A stretch of DNA of 64,000 nt from Antedon mediterranea. Its lineage: Eukaryota > Animalia > Echinodermata. The DNA lies in contig NC_092673.1 of the NCBI RefSeq assembly GCF_964355755.1, positions 16,588,948 to 16,652,947 on the forward strand, written 5' to 3'. The notes under the pieces are model-generated. The model saw nothing but the letters and a program-made list of their open reading frames with translations. It made no database searches and was not told the origin of the DNA. This document shows positions 11,819-23,538 of the stretch, one piece after another. The translations under genes were made by a program, and so were the position numbers. Each line of letters begins with the position of its first letter. The first letter of the stretch is position 1.

Positions 11819-14365
11819 ATGTCTCAGCAAACAGCTAAGTGTAAAGTGCAAGAACATACAATGTGGATGACTCCGTGGTGGACTGACGATGTTGAAGGTA
11901 ATTCATAAATGTGTATTGTTTGATTTAGCAACGTAATATTATTTCTATAGTGTCACTAGTTTTGTTGTTTTTGTTTTATCAAGAAGAAATAATGTTACCA
12001 TAGTTTTACAAGGGCATGATTCGATATTATCAAGAATATTGTAATATATCTTTTCATTTCATTTCATTTATTTATTTCACTTTACAAATATATAAATATA
12101 AAGTGGAGGAGCCTAAAAGAAAGCAAAGCTTGTTGTGAATAGGCTCCTCAAAACAAAACAAATAAAATAGAAATAATATTATAACACAATTAGAAACTCC
12201 AAAAAAAAAATAACAACAATTAAACTAATATCTTTTCTCTAACACATAAGTTTAACATGTTTAAAACTAAAAAAAAAAACAAGTAAAAAATAGATTATAT
12301 AAATTATTTAAGAAATATCAAATACATCAATAATAAAAGAATTTACAAAGAACCTTCAACCAATAATAGTTTAAATTGACGTTTAAATAAAGCACAGTTA
12401 TGAGATTTTTTTAAGAGATAAAGGAAGAGAATTCCAGAGTTTAGGTCCAGTGTATACAAGGGTATTCATTTTAGTTCGAGTAAATGGCAGGTGATACTAA
12501 TCTTTTTGTCTTGTTTGGTGAGTGTGGTATTGTTTATTTTAAGTGAATTTACTGGATATTATAGGTGTCGGGCGGTTAATTGAAACATGATGACACCAAC
12601 ATTAAATCTATAGAGATCCTCAATTTTTAATATTTTATTTTTTTTTTGAAAGAGATCTTGGGTGTGAGCACGAAAAATTACCCCTGAGATAATTCTGACA
12701 GCTCGTTTCTGGATTAATAAAATTTTAGTAATAATTGATTTTGAAGCATTTCCCCAAGCAAGAACACCATAATTTAAGTACGATAAAATAAGAGTAGAAT
12801 ATAAAATATTTAATACTTTTTGAGGAAATATTGATTTCAATTTATACATCATGCCAACATTTTTTTTGATAATAATTTGCAAAGGTAATTAACATGGGCT
12901 TTCCAGTCAAGTCTGTCGTCAATAAATATACCAAGAAATTTTGTGTTGGTTATTTGATTAATAGGAACATTGTTGAAAATAATATCTTTTGGTAACATAC
13001 TATATTATTTGTTACTAAACAACATAAAATTGTTTTTTAGCATATTTAGTGATAGCTTGTTTGCATGTATCCAATTAGTAACCCTTTTTACCGTGTTATG
13101 CAGCGCATAATGACAATGATTGTGGTTTGTCAACTTTTTTTTTTTTTTTAAATTTGGTTTTAGTACAACGAACATCAGTTCAGAATGTTTCACAATGGAA
13201 AGATAGTGTTAAAGGTAAATACAATACTAACGTTATATATCTATATTATAAGTGAGAGAGTTTGTACGTCTGTCTGTTTGTTTGTTTGTCTCTTACTTAT
13301 AATATAGATATTTAGATAGATATGATTCATACTGAAAAACTTGATGCTCATTGGCATAAATAAATATTCAAAGAGGGCACGAATCAGATGTGTACCCTGA
13401 ACACATCCAGTAGTAAATCCTTCTCCGAGAAGCCTTGTATATGTTTTAATTGGTTGCAAACTAGCACCAGCACCACGTACTATTAGTTGTATAATAAAAC
13501 CAGTTTTTCTTCTTTTTTTTTTTATAATTTCAGTAACAAGAATACCAATAATGCCGTAAGTATTTTTTCTTCTCTTGACATTACATTTTTGTTTATTTAT
13601 TCGATTCATATATACATATATATAATTTATTCATAGTACATTCGTAAGAGTTCCCTCGGAAGAGCACCCGTTCAACCCGAAAGAAGAAGAAACCGTGGAC
13701 AAAGGTAAATTAAAGTAAATGCATTGTTGGCGAACGATACTATTTAACGCTGCTCATATGATTGTTATAATATAATATTATATATATTTGATTTCATATA
13801 GAATCAACACAGCAACAACCGTTACATTCGACGGGTCGTTGTAAACGCCCTCAACGAACCAGAGGCGTGTTTTCATGGTAGGTTCACCAACTATTATTCT
13901 TGTTCATGCAGGAAAATGCTCCCCAAAAACCCGAAAATCATTATTTTTTATTTACGTCATGTTTTCTTTCACAGGCAAAGCACACTTCTGCCTTTTAAGG
14001 AAACGTACGCCTTTGATTCCGAAAACGACAACAACAGCAATATAGACTACCTGATAGCTTCGTCGTGCTCTGCTGTACATAACAGTGACACGGCAAAAGT
14101 AGCAGATATATTAAAATGGAATGGCTTCACGTATATCAGAATGAAGCCAACAAAAGACAAACAAACCATAATGAGGTATTTGAATAGATGCAAACGCGTT
14201 ATTGTGTTCCAAAATCTATTCTTTGAAGATTACGTCAATGACGTATTTACTATCTGCAGCGAAAATTTAGGAATGGTGGAGACAACTCTACCATTCAAAA
14301 ATAACATTTTTGATATAACGGTTTTTTCTAGTGGTACTGTCATGCGCGTATTGAAAAGAAAATAG
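11819..14365 (+). CDS. Six-exon hypothetical protein (~228 aa); exons 11819-11897, 13164-13214, 13534-13555, 13637-13704, 13802-13877, 13975-14365
   Basis: All introns are GT-AG with pyrimidine/T-rich acceptors. Phases 1,1,2,1,2 join into one stop-free frame (MSQQTAKCKVQEHTMWMTPWW...WQSTLLPFK...RVLKRK) ending in ORF 13916..14365. Confidence 0.6.
12051..13085 (-). mobile_element. 5'-truncated, decayed non-LTR retrotransposon (CR1/L2/Crack/Daphne-type RT C-terminus) in intron 1
   Basis: Frameshifted RT motifs WIHANKLSLN, TKFLGIFIDDRLDWK and LYSTLILSYLNYGVLAWG..LLIQKRAVRII. Has a 3'-UTR stem-loop GAGGAGCCTA...TAGGCTCCTC and a (GAAAT)n-type tail. Confidence 0.85.
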
Positions 14366-15310
14366 TTTCATTGTCAATAATTTGTCTTTTGTTGGTTTAA
14401 TTAAATAATACCTTTCATCATTAGTTGTACAAGTATAAATTTTTAACTAAATATATATAGGCCTATAGACCTAAATCATAGGCAGGACATAGAAAAAAAA
14501 AATCAAGATCAAATCAGTTAAAACTGCCTCAATATATAAGTTTATGTTTCGGGCATAGCCGATCATCAGGTGAAGAAAATCATCAAATATGAAAAGGCAT
14601 AGTTATAAAGGCACACTTCCAAACGCTTTGGGGTACAAAGCAGAAATGGTTAGTTATAAAGCAGGAAAAATATACATATGTATAATATATTTGTTTGTGG
14701 ATGTTAACCTAGTTCGTTGTACGTGAATCCATACTTTTGTAATATCTGCTGCTAGTGGTGCATATTGTTATGTACATACAGCATCACGGTTGACTGAAAT
14801 TTCAGTTTGTTTAATGTTTTATTTATTGATAGAATTTCAATATATTATTGTACTGTATTTATTGTTTATGAATTTAAATGTCGTTAACTCGGAAATCGTT
14901 TTAACAAATAAAAAAAATTTAAAAAGTTACATCACGTTTGTTTCTTTTTATTTATTCATTTCTTGTGTGTGGGTGCGTGTGCGCGTGCGTGTGTGTGTGT
15001 GTTCATGGCTCTGTCATCCTGTGTGCAGAATTTAGGACGACTACTGAATGCGGATAAAAACTCTATTCGAAGACATGCACAGAAAACCGGTTACATATAA
15101 ACTTTAATTGTCGAATACAATTGCACCAAAGTGCAAATGTATTCCACGTTATAATCAATATTACATTTTAAAATAGATATAGCTAAAAAGTAATACATTA
15201 AGGGCGTAATAATATTTTACATAAAATAAGTGTTATCTTTTAACTATTGAAAACACATTAAATAAATGATTGTTTGATACCGCCCGCTCGAAAAAATCTT
15301 CCGCGCGGTT

Positions 15311-16145
15311 CAGTAAACGTTATCAAAGAATATATATCACAAGAATGAGTATTCCGCGATTTTTTCATGAGATATTTGTAACAGAGAGCTCCAGAGAGTG
15401 ATGTCCGCCCTCATAAGGGCGGATGTATACATACTAAATAAGACTTGATTTAATAGATACCGTATTATACATGTCACATTAAATAGAATTATGATAATAT
15501 ATTTTGCAATTGTAATATATTTTATAATACATATTTATTAAAAAAACTAGTGTACATTCACTTTATTTACAGACAATTATTTACTAACATGCTAAATTCG
15601 TTCACAAAAAAAGGCCTAACACAGCAACACCAAAAATCAACGAATCCTTACTCAGCACGGTCTATTCTTATCATTGCCGCGTAGTACTCTACGCCCGGTA
15701 AATTAAGTATTGTTTTTATGATACAAATTAGTATAAAATACATGTTATTAATAGGATAAAATGTTAAATGTCATTAACATGTATTTGTTTTACCAGAAAC
15801 AAGTTAAATATAGGAATATTATTAAACTATCCTTCGTGAAAACGCGTAAACACCAACACGCCCGGTCACGCTATCGTAGCGCCCGGTTGATAAAGCAAAC
15901 TGTTTATACGGCAGTTTTTACTAAATAAATTGCATAAAACGAACAATTAAATATCCAAATAGCATTTAACATAATGTTGGCATCTAGTTGATAACATTTT
16001 TTTATCATGAAAAGTTGTATACATCCCAGATACATCCTCACTTATGGCGGCCCCCTACCACATGGACAAATTACTGTTACATGGAAAATCACGGATTTCT
16101 CATTCTTGTGATATAATATTCTTTGACGTTATCTGCTTACACTGA
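15311..16145. mobile_element. Foldback/MITE-like element with long imperfect inverted repeats
   Basis: AACGTTATCAAAGAATATATATCACAAGAATGAG...CGCGATTTTTTCATG (~15317-15369) is the inverse of CATGGAAAATCACGG...CTCATTCTTGTGATATAATATTCTTTGACGTT (~16080-16130). Exact ends and TSD are unclear. Confidence 0.55.
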
Positions 16146-16547
16146 GGGTGCCTGACTTGTTCATTATCATGGGAGCCGTGAAAATCATTTGTGTATGGGT
16201 AAATAATAAAAAATATACAGAGGGCGCAATCACACAAAAAGTCAGAAGAGTAAACAAGTTTACTATCTTGTGTACGTGTGTGTGAGTGTGTGTATACAAA
16301 TAATATTGTTCGCTTCTTGATAAAATCGAAACGGTATAGTGTAGAAAGCGAGCATTACATATTTGTACCGTTTCTTCACGGCTCGAGAACTTATTATCCA
16401 GAGAATACTATATTATTTGTGCATGGTAAAATAATAGTTTATAAAAAAAAATTAGACTTTAATATCGTGTGTGTGTATACACAAAACACTTCTTGATAGT
16501 GGTGGGTGTGGTGTGAAAAGTATTCAACGTTTCAGAGTGACAAAGCT

Positions 16548-17120
16548 TTACGAGTGTACTTTTAACCGATGTTTACCGTTTCGCGACGACCAACATTTCT
16601 TCGTGGACAGTGCAGTAACGAATACGGTGTTTGGACGACTGTACTTTAGACAGAGTAAATAGACGAACGTAACTGTAGCTATGAGCATAGAAGACCATGT
16701 TAATAGGGCAGGAATCCAGATTGAAATTGGAATTCTGCCTATGAAATTCAAGTTAAAGTCAGACATTGCCTTTCCAAGTGCCCGAGCAGGAATTTCTATC
16801 AAGCTAGAAACGGTCTTGGCAAACGCTTCAACCGGCGAAACGGACAGGATCGGATGTACTACATAGTTTCTGTGATATTCGGTACATTCGTCTCTTTCTT
16901 CTATAAAGATATTTGTTCGCAACCACGACACAAACACATTCATCGTATCAGCATTCTCTGTGATTCGTCTCTGTTGCTTTTCACATTTGTTGACAAGCTG
17001 TGTCATCTCGGCCCGATTAACCGCCACTCTCTCTCTGTACAATAATAACCAATTCCATGGAACACTTACAACGAATAAAACAATAAATACGTCGAAAATC
17101 AATCCTCTTAGCTTCAACAT
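16548..17120 (-). CDS. CLCC1 (chloride channel CLIC-like 1)/Brl1-Brr6-like membrane protein, minimal viral-type form
   Basis: VSVPWNWLLLYR...KC...VSWLR...RDECTEYHRNYVVHPILSVSPVEAFAKTVSSLIEIPARALGKAMSDF...IPISIWIPALL matches the CLCC1 core ISFLWNWMYLYK...VC...WEWFR...[29 protein letters not shown]...EPLKHIGKG..EF...IP..L.LPVL. Intronless, ~190 aa. Confidence 0.85.
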   Translation of the reverse strand: MLKLRGLIFDVFIVLFVVSVPWNWLLLYRERVAVNRAEMTQLVNKCEKQQRRITENADTMNVFVSWLRTNIFIEERDECTEYHRNYVVHPILSVSPVEAFAKTVSSLIEIPARALGKAMSDFNLNFIGRIPISIWIPALLTWSSMLIATVTFVYLLCLKYSRPNTVFVTALSTKKCWSSRNGKHRLKVHS

Positions 17121-17240
17121 CACGCACGCATGTGCACTCGACGCTGTACATTAACGATAACTTTTAATCTTCATACTTTTTAAAAAAAATATATAATAAT
17201 AATAATACATGTAATTTGATTCAAAGGCTGAAGAATAAAT

Positions 17241-18378
17241 GGCTCGTGTCATAACAAACGGAGCCTTGTGTTGAAATTATAATTCTTTCAAGGCAATTAA
17301 GATACGACCCGAATTCAATAGATTACTTCCGAATTCAATAGATTATCAACAATTAAAAAACAGCCTTTGAAGTTCAGTGGACAATTACCGGTACTTTGGT
17401 TCTATTCAATATCCACAACACATTCGCCTTGAATACCATTAGTCATTATTAATGGATCTACATTAAATTTTACACACTTAAACAATGAATTCAATGAATT
17501 ACCACATCACATTTTAAATATTCTTAATTACTGTGACAGTATTAGGCCTACTCATAACCTCAGAACAGAAACTGAATTCGAAATTCCCTTCACAAGACTA
17601 ACTTGCAGTCAACAGTTTATACACATATATGGACCAAAATTGTGGAAAGAATTCACTTGTAATGGTGGTAATAAACCGGTTATCTTAAAGAAACAAAATA
17701 AATGTATAAAAAAACAGGTTAAAAAATACTTTTTATCACTATATGCTGATTAACAACACCTTTGTTTATTTAAGTTCTATATACTTGTTCTTATGTAAAA
17801 GGGTCCTACAAAAAAACGAAGCTATAGCTTTTTTATGCAGGATCCCTGTTCTCAGTTGTACTGTAATTATGATGTACTGTAGTTGATGACTAAATAAATG
17901 TGGAATAAATGAAATGAAAATAAATGAATACGAATAAAGATTACACTTTAATTTCTTTCAATTTTATTATCATCTTCATATATAAAATCAACCATTAAAA
18001 ATTGCATAATTATGTTGATTAATGGATTATTTTGAGCACACAATCTGTTAACATAACTCACTTCTACTCTTAGATCATGATTAGGCCTATACAAATTCTT
18101 ACACATTCTTCTTCGTTTTCAATAACTATCCTCGCCGTCAGAATCTTCGTCTATCTCCCATCCAGTCTTTAGTATCCTCATCCTCATTTTCACTTACCCC
18201 ATTTTCTTCAGCCCCTCACCGAGTAAAAAAAAAAAAATCCTGAATGTATGTAAGCCTAGCTAGTCGATGAACAGGGCCGTATCGTCAGCAATAGCAAGAA
18301 GGCCAGCATTTAAAGCGTCAGCTAATTATAGCAATATAGCTTTTGCGACACAAAGCTCCTTTCGTGGTGACGCGACCC
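17241..18378 (-). mobile_element. Non-autonomous DNA transposon (Sola1-like, 4-bp AWWT TSD), copy 1
   Basis: Imperfect TIRs GGCTCGTGTCATAACAAACGGAGC / GCTCCTTTCGTGGTGACGCGACCC flanked by TSD AAAT (17237-40, 18379-82). Inverted relative to copy 2 at 48875-50194. Confidence 0.75.
17491..17922 (+). mobile_element. Short 3' LINE fragment nested in the Sola-like element
   Basis: Encodes HNLRTETEFEIPFTRLTCSQQFIHIYGPKLWK (LINE ORF2 C-terminus type) with a GAAAT-type tail. Flanked by AATGAAT on both sides and absent from the homologous position of copy 2. Confidence 0.75.
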
Positions 18379-18447
18379 AAATAGAAACAAAAAAAAAACA
18401 CGCAATGTAAAGACATTTTTTTTTTTGTATTTGCCTTTGTCGTATCA

Positions 18448-19473
18448 TCAAACTTTCCGTTCTTTAGTGAACAGAACATCTTCATCATCCTCCTCTCCAT
18501 CGGCATCGCCTTTTCTCAGAAAATGACGTTTATGCATCAGCATAAAGCATTGAATAAAGACTATGGTGAAGAATCTGATCAGATGCGAAATCATGAGAGC
18601 GAATGCCCAGTGTCGACCTACTTTGTTGATCGGACAGTCTGATGAATCTAGTTTGTGTGCGCTCAAATCGAGTAGATTCTGATAGCAGCTATCGAGCTCA
18701 TCACATTTGAACAGTTCACGACCGTCAAACATACATGGACCGAGTTTATAGATAAAAACGTTGCGTATCAGATCCAGGATTGTCATAGCCACCGACGTCA
18801 ATGAAACCGCCTCCCATATGCGTTCCAACGATGAGTATCTGGACATCATGGCGGCAGACAGGAACGCGTACACTACGTGCTCAGAACAAAGTGGATATAC
18901 AACGGCTCCGGCTAGAACGTCCACCAGTAGCGTGGCAACGACTATAGGCAGTCCAACGAACATGTACCACGTCCAGCAGTCTAGAACTTGATTTCCTTTT
19001 GAACGATCGGTTATGTGTAGCATTACCGGCAGAATACCGGTGGGCAGATAGACAAGCAACATTTGTACAGTGTAGTAAATGGAACCGGCAGCTGTCCCCA
19101 ACTCTACCATGGGACAACGTCGTTGATCGGCTTGCCATCGAAGAGCGTCCGTCATGGCGCAATGACAACGTGCATCAGTTCCGTGAGCACCGCACTCTTG
19201 CATCGGATCTCGATAGGATACACCGCACGGTCCGATCAGAAATTTCATATTGGACAGAAACGATATGTTTGCAGCCGCGCACATGCTCAATCGAAACGCC
19301 GATATGAGTTTTGTTGTCGATGCAGCGTGTACGAATATGGCGTAGAGGCAAACGGGTAGAAAGATGGCGTGCCAATCGATTATCGGATGAACGTTTGTCT
19401 GTAACAGTACGTCGATTACAATAGACGTAGCGAAACATGTTGTGATCAACGAACAAACAGTGTACTCTTTCAT
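18448..19473 (-). CDS. Multi-pass membrane protein with Cys-rich loops (341 aa)
   Basis: Six or more hydrophobic segments, Cys-rich loops (CGAHGTDARCHC, CMFDGRELFKC) and an acidic cytoplasmic tail. Intronless. Confidence 0.8.
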   Translation of the reverse strand: MKEYTVCSLITTCFATSIVIDVLLQTNVHPIIDWHAIFLPVCLYAIFVHAASTTKLISAFRLSMCAAANISFLSNMKFLIGPCGVSYRDPMQECGAHGTDARCHCAMTDALRWQADQRRCPMVELGTAAGSIYYTVQMLLVYLPTGILPVMLHITDRSKGNQVLDCWTWYMFVGLPIVVATLLVDVLAGAVVYPLCSEHVVYAFLSAAMMSRYSSLERIWEAVSLTSVAMTILDLIRNVFIYKLGPCMFDGRELFKCDELDSCYQNLLDLSAHKLDSSDCPINKVGRHWAFALMISHLIRFFTIVFIQCFMLMHKRHFLRKGDADGEEDDEDVLFTKERKV

Positions 19474-19527
19474 CGTCTCTGTGCTGCTGTGTCGTTTCGT
19501 GCGCGAAATACGTTCATGTGCTCATCA

Positions 19528-20565
19528 TCATGACACAGAGGAGGGAGAACGAGGAGAAGGCGGCGGCAGAGGAATGAGAATCGTGAATTCAACTTCTCCG
19601 TTCGACAGATTTCTTCTGACAACGGGACAATGCATGAATCTGTAAACGGACTGTATACATTTTTCAAAGTCGTGCGCGTTAGTCCATCCAACTTGTGAGT
19701 AGAATTCACGATATGCGGTGGGCGTCATGACGTCGGCCGGTCGAAGAGCAAACTTGTCACCGTGTTTATCTATTACAATGGGCTCGGCGCGCAAAAAAGA
19801 GGCCGATTCACCGGATTGTAACGGTAATCGTTTGTTTCTAACGCTCGTTCTGAAATCAACTGAGCGCATGATGGCTTCGAAGTATTCGATATCTGGCGCG
19901 GGAGGAGGAAGCGGTATGTTCAGTATGTATTGTCTGACTTCGACAGTCCACGGTGGCTGTTTATCACGTTGCACCAACGCTCTGTAATACGATTCTGGAG
20001 ATTTGTATTGTGGACTGTCGGTCAAGAGAACCTTGTAGAAGAGTGTACTCGCATCGCGTATATCGAACGTGGTGTCGCGATCCATGTATCGAATCGGGAT
20101 AGCCGCGTACGGAATCTTTGTGTTTTGTTTCCAGCATTTCCGGGCCGCGATCGATGCATGACCGAAGCGTATCCGATCAGGATTGTTACACGACAGCTGC
20201 GTGTACGCGCTTGCAGGTAAACGATGTGTAGTGAGAAACGTCGTTCTGTCTTCATCGTGGTAACATATCAAAGTGTCAACATCTATTAATATCCATTGAT
20301 TGGGATGTACGTGCGGTTGGAGTAATCGTCTGCCTTGTACCGTCATTTTGTTAAGCTGTATTCGTTTATTTGATTTTGAATGTTGTAGAACGGGTAGACG
20401 TGTTGCTGCTGCTGCTGCTGCTGCTTCATCATCCGTCTTCATCACCTTCCAACTCGTCCAATCGGTATTATTAAATTCATCTCGTAGTGTTTCACCAACA
20501 CCACCCGTCGCATTCTCGTTGCCTACAATAAACCAATCGGTGTTGAAGTTGAGAGCCTTTGTCAT
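19528..20565 (-). CDS. Hypothetical protein (345 aa)
   Basis: Long ATG ORF in a gene-dense block with GACGATG start context. No family recognised. Confidence 0.75.
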   Translation of the reverse strand: MTKALNFNTDWFIVGNENATGGVGETLRDEFNNTDWTSWKVMKTDDEAAAAAAATRLPVLQHSKSNKRIQLNKMTVQGRRLLQPHVHPNQWILIDVDTLICYHDEDRTTFLTTHRLPASAYTQLSCNNPDRIRFGHASIAARKCWKQNTKIPYAAIPIRYMDRDTTFDIRDASTLFYKVLLTDSPQYKSPESYYRALVQRDKQPPWTVEVRQYILNIPLPPPAPDIEYFEAIMRSVDFRTSVRNKRLPLQSGESASFLRAEPIVIDKHGDKFALRPADVMTPTAYREFYSQVGWTNAHDFEKCIQSVYRFMHCPVVRRNLSNGEVEFTILIPLPPPSPRSPSSVS

Positions 20566-20668
20566 CGTCGCGCTGTGCGTGTCTCTCTCTCTCTCTCTCT
20601 CTCTGTATGTGTCTTGTTAATGGTTAAAAGGAACTGATTACGATTCCATATTTTCATTTTCATTCACG

Positions 20669-21595
20669 ATGATGTCAAACGATGACCATAGATTTGCTTA
20701 CAGATTTAACAACGATTCAACGTGGTACATCGAAGACCATGCACTTACGTACGGCGATGCAAAAGAGCGTATAATGCTTCAGTGGAACATAAATCCGACG
20801 TCGCGTAGACTAGAAATGCGATGTGAAGATAGCATGCGTATACTCGACGACTACGACCCGATCATAAAGAACAGGAACGTTATAATCGATAGTTATTCCG
20901 TCCAATATCCTATAGATAATTTCGAAGATATGTTTCATAGAAAAATTGATGAACGAAAGAAAATGAGTAAAGAAGATATACGAAATTGGCTATCAACTGC
21001 GTTCAAGTACTGCAATATCGACTACAACTACCCGTATACTCAACCGTTACCGATAATGTCAGATTTGTACGTGTACGTGAACAATCTTCACGCTAAGCTG
21101 AACAATTGCAACTCGTTGTCAAAGTTGACGAGATGTGTGCGACTGTTGCAGGAAGCACGATCGATGTTCCCGAACGATACAAAAATGTTTGGTTTGGTAG
21201 GCTACGAATTGGACACGTTGCTCAACATATGTTTAGGCGTGTATCAGTATCCAGAGTACAACAAGGCATCAACGTTTGGAGAAGTGATAAGTCTTCGACA
21301 GTCAATGTACGTGGGAGACTTGATGAACTTTATTCAGAATGCCCTCGTCAGTTACAATGCTCAGTCAGTATCAGTAGAGAGAGAAGCTTACGACGGCGGC
21401 TACAGCGCTATCAGAACGGACATTTGTATGCTTAAACACAAATTGTTGGCAGCAAACAGTTACGAAGACGTCCGAGATTGTTATGACGTGTGCTTAGATA
21501 TGAAAATGGCCAGTGCAGAACATGATCATTTGAGTTATTATTTCAGAGACTGCAGTGAAGCACTGTTGAACATTCTATGGGATATTGAGATTTGA
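20669..21595 (+). CDS. Protein with an N-terminal DWNN (RBBP6-type ubiquitin-like) domain (308 aa)
   Basis: FAYRFNND...LTYGDAKERIM...LEMRCEDSMRILDDYDPIIKNRNVII resembles DWNN VHYKFSS...ISLCDLKKQIM...LQITNAQTKEEYTDDNALIPKNSSVIV. AATAAA follows the stop. Confidence 0.6.
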   Translation: MMSNDDHRFAYRFNNDSTWYIEDHALTYGDAKERIMLQWNINPTSRRLEMRCEDSMRILDDYDPIIKNRNVIIDSYSVQYPIDNFEDMFHRKIDERKKMSKEDIRNWLSTAFKYCNIDYNYPYTQPLPIMSDLYVYVNNLHAKLNNCNSLSKLTRCVRLLQEARSMFPNDTKMFGLVGYELDTLLNICLGVYQYPEYNKASTFGEVISLRQSMYVGDLMNFIQNALVSYNAQSVSVEREAYDGGYSAIRTDICMLKHKLLAANSYEDVRDCYDVCLDMKMASAEHDHLSYYFRDCSEALLNILWDIEI

Positions 21596-21814
21596 AAAAA
21601 AAAATAAATAAATAAAAAAATGTTATGAATTTATTTCGTTTATATATGCGCAGTACGTACTAGCATTAAATTTTTGTTTCTGAGATGATGATAATAAAGA
21701 ATCGAAACGTTAATTTGTTGTTTGTTTTTTTTAATGTGTGCGTAAAAGTGATGATGATGATGATGATATCGTTGTGTTGATGTTATAAACGTGTTTTCAA
21801 CGCGTCCACGCGAC

Positions 21815-22663
21815 ATGACAATGATCAAGGTACCGTTAGAGGTATGCCTGAGTATACGCGATTGTCTAAAAGATGATCCGACACGCCGACTGTGTACGTC
21901 GAATATTTCAAAAGTTTGGAACGACTTGATATACGGTGATGAGAAAACGGATCGTTGTCGAAAGTGCACTCGATTCTTGCTACAGAATTGTATACACTGC
22001 GGCGCAAAAGCATGCGATACATGTAAAATGATGTATAGATGCGCAAATTGCAAGGTGTCTTCGTGTCAGAAATGCGTCGTGACTGTAGTACGTATTGACA
22101 GGAAATATTGTAACGAATGCACTTGCGCGAGTCGAAGACGCAAGTGTATTGCTCAGATTTTGCAACGTATGCACAACAACGTAGAGGATCAGAAAATGGA
22201 TTTGCGGTCTATTGTACGTTTTGTGAGTGAAGCAGTCGAGCACGATCCAGACGAGATTTTGATCGCGGCAATACGCGAACGACAACGTGCCACGATGGGA
22301 AGAACGTTTGCTGAAAGTGTACTCTGCATACAATCTCTGCAACGTTTAACTTTGATAGATGTGCCGATCGTCGACAGTTTTTTATCTACGTTGATGACAA
22401 ATGTAGGAGGTGCAGGAGGAGGAGGAGGAGGAGGTTTGAAAGACGTTCGACTTGTAAGGTGCAACAGGCTGACGTTTGGTAATGATATGCGGCCGAGCGC
22501 TTATCCGATGACGGTGTGTATCGAATGTATGGACGTATCTCCGATACAATTGTCAAGTGTGTTTGACAAGGAGCATGTGACGTTAGTGTTGAGAAATTGT
22601 AATTTTAGCGAAGACGAACTGGCTGCAGTCGACGACTTTAAATTTGTTATAGAAACGAAATGA
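21815..22663 (+). CDS. F-box-like + Cys-rich zinc-binding + LRR-like protein
   Basis: N-terminal IKVPLEVCLSIRDCL...SNISKVWNDL (F-box pattern), multiple CxxC pairs, and LRR-like LQRLTLIDV, LKDVRLVRC, LVLRNCNFSE. Its stop overlaps the next ATG (ATGA). Confidence 0.6.
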   Translation: MTMIKVPLEVCLSIRDCLKDDPTRRLCTSNISKVWNDLIYGDEKTDRCRKCTRFLLQNCIHCGAKACDTCKMMYRCANCKVSSCQKCVVTVVRIDRKYCNECTCASRRRKCIAQILQRMHNNVEDQKMDLRSIVRFVSEAVEHDPDEILIAAIRERQRATMGRTFAESVLCIQSLQRLTLIDVPIVDSFLSTLMTNVGGAGGGGGGGLKDVRLVRCNRLTFGNDMRPSAYPMTVCIECMDVSPIQLSSVFDKEHVTLVLRNCNFSEDELAAVDDFKFVIETK

Positions 22664-23538
22664 ATAAAAAACAAATAATTCTGATTCTATTTCTGTTTAT
22701 TGCAAACAAGTCATTATGTACGTCGTCGCAGGTTGGTTACCTGAAAGACATAAATTATAGAAACGATGCACACGATACGTACGTTGTTATTCCAGACGAC
22801 GCGTTAAACGTTTCCTCGTGCATTTCCTCTAGTCTCGAGAGTATTAGTTATGATGAAGTGTTTGTATCGAACGTGACTGTGCGACCGTTGTGCGGTAAAG
22901 GCATCATAGTGACAGCGAATGATTGCACGTCGTTTTTGATCGGTGATCACGTTCACGTACAAGACTTTTCGTTTAAATGCAACAACTGGTCGCGTTCGTC
23001 GTCTGCGCTGCGTCTCACAGGAGTCGGACGCGTGTACAACGTTACATTGGAGCGTCTCGGTGTACACGGTGGTGGTGGTGGTGGTGGTGGTGATGATGAT
23101 GATGTAATGAATATCGATTCAGCGCCACCGCCCATACTCGTTCACGTATCACCGCTGTTGTCTGAAGAAACGTTGCGGGTACACAACGTGAGTTTAAACT
23201 CGATCGTCGGTGGCTCTGTTGTGTTGAATCGACTGTATGGCTCGATGACAGTGTCTAGATCTACGCTCGTCGAGCGTGTAGAGTGTGTTCGACTGGAACT
23301 CATCAGAAACGCCACCAAACTATTGGACTGGGACCGATGGATGTCGTTAGGCTGCTCCAGTACTGTACACGAAGACGACTGTGATTGTACACTAGAATTG
23401 ATTACCTGTTGTACAGCGTTTTTAGTAGCGATCGTGTCTGTCTACGCAATATGCGCTGGAGCCAGAATGCACGTGCATAACCGCAAAGTGGCTGAAAGTG
23501 CTCTGGCCGAAGATCATTCATTTCATCAATCAAAGTGA
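22660..23538 (+). CDS. Type I membrane glycoprotein (292 aa)
   Basis: Signal peptide, many NxS/T sequons, beta-rich ectodomain, and a C-terminal TM helix (TAFLVAIVSVYAICAGA). Confidence 0.75.
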   Translation: MNKKQIILILFLFIANKSLCTSSQVGYLKDINYRNDAHDTYVVIPDDALNVSSCISSSLESISYDEVFVSNVTVRPLCGKGIIVTANDCTSFLIGDHVHVQDFSFKCNNWSRSSSALRLTGVGRVYNVTLERLGVHGGGGGGGGDDDDVMNIDSAPPPILVHVSPLLSEETLRVHNVSLNSIVGGSVVLNRLYGSMTVSRSTLVERVECVRLELIRNATKLLDWDRWMSLGCSSTVHEDDCDCTLELITCCTAFLVAIVSVYAICAGARMHVHNRKVAESALAEDHSFHQSK

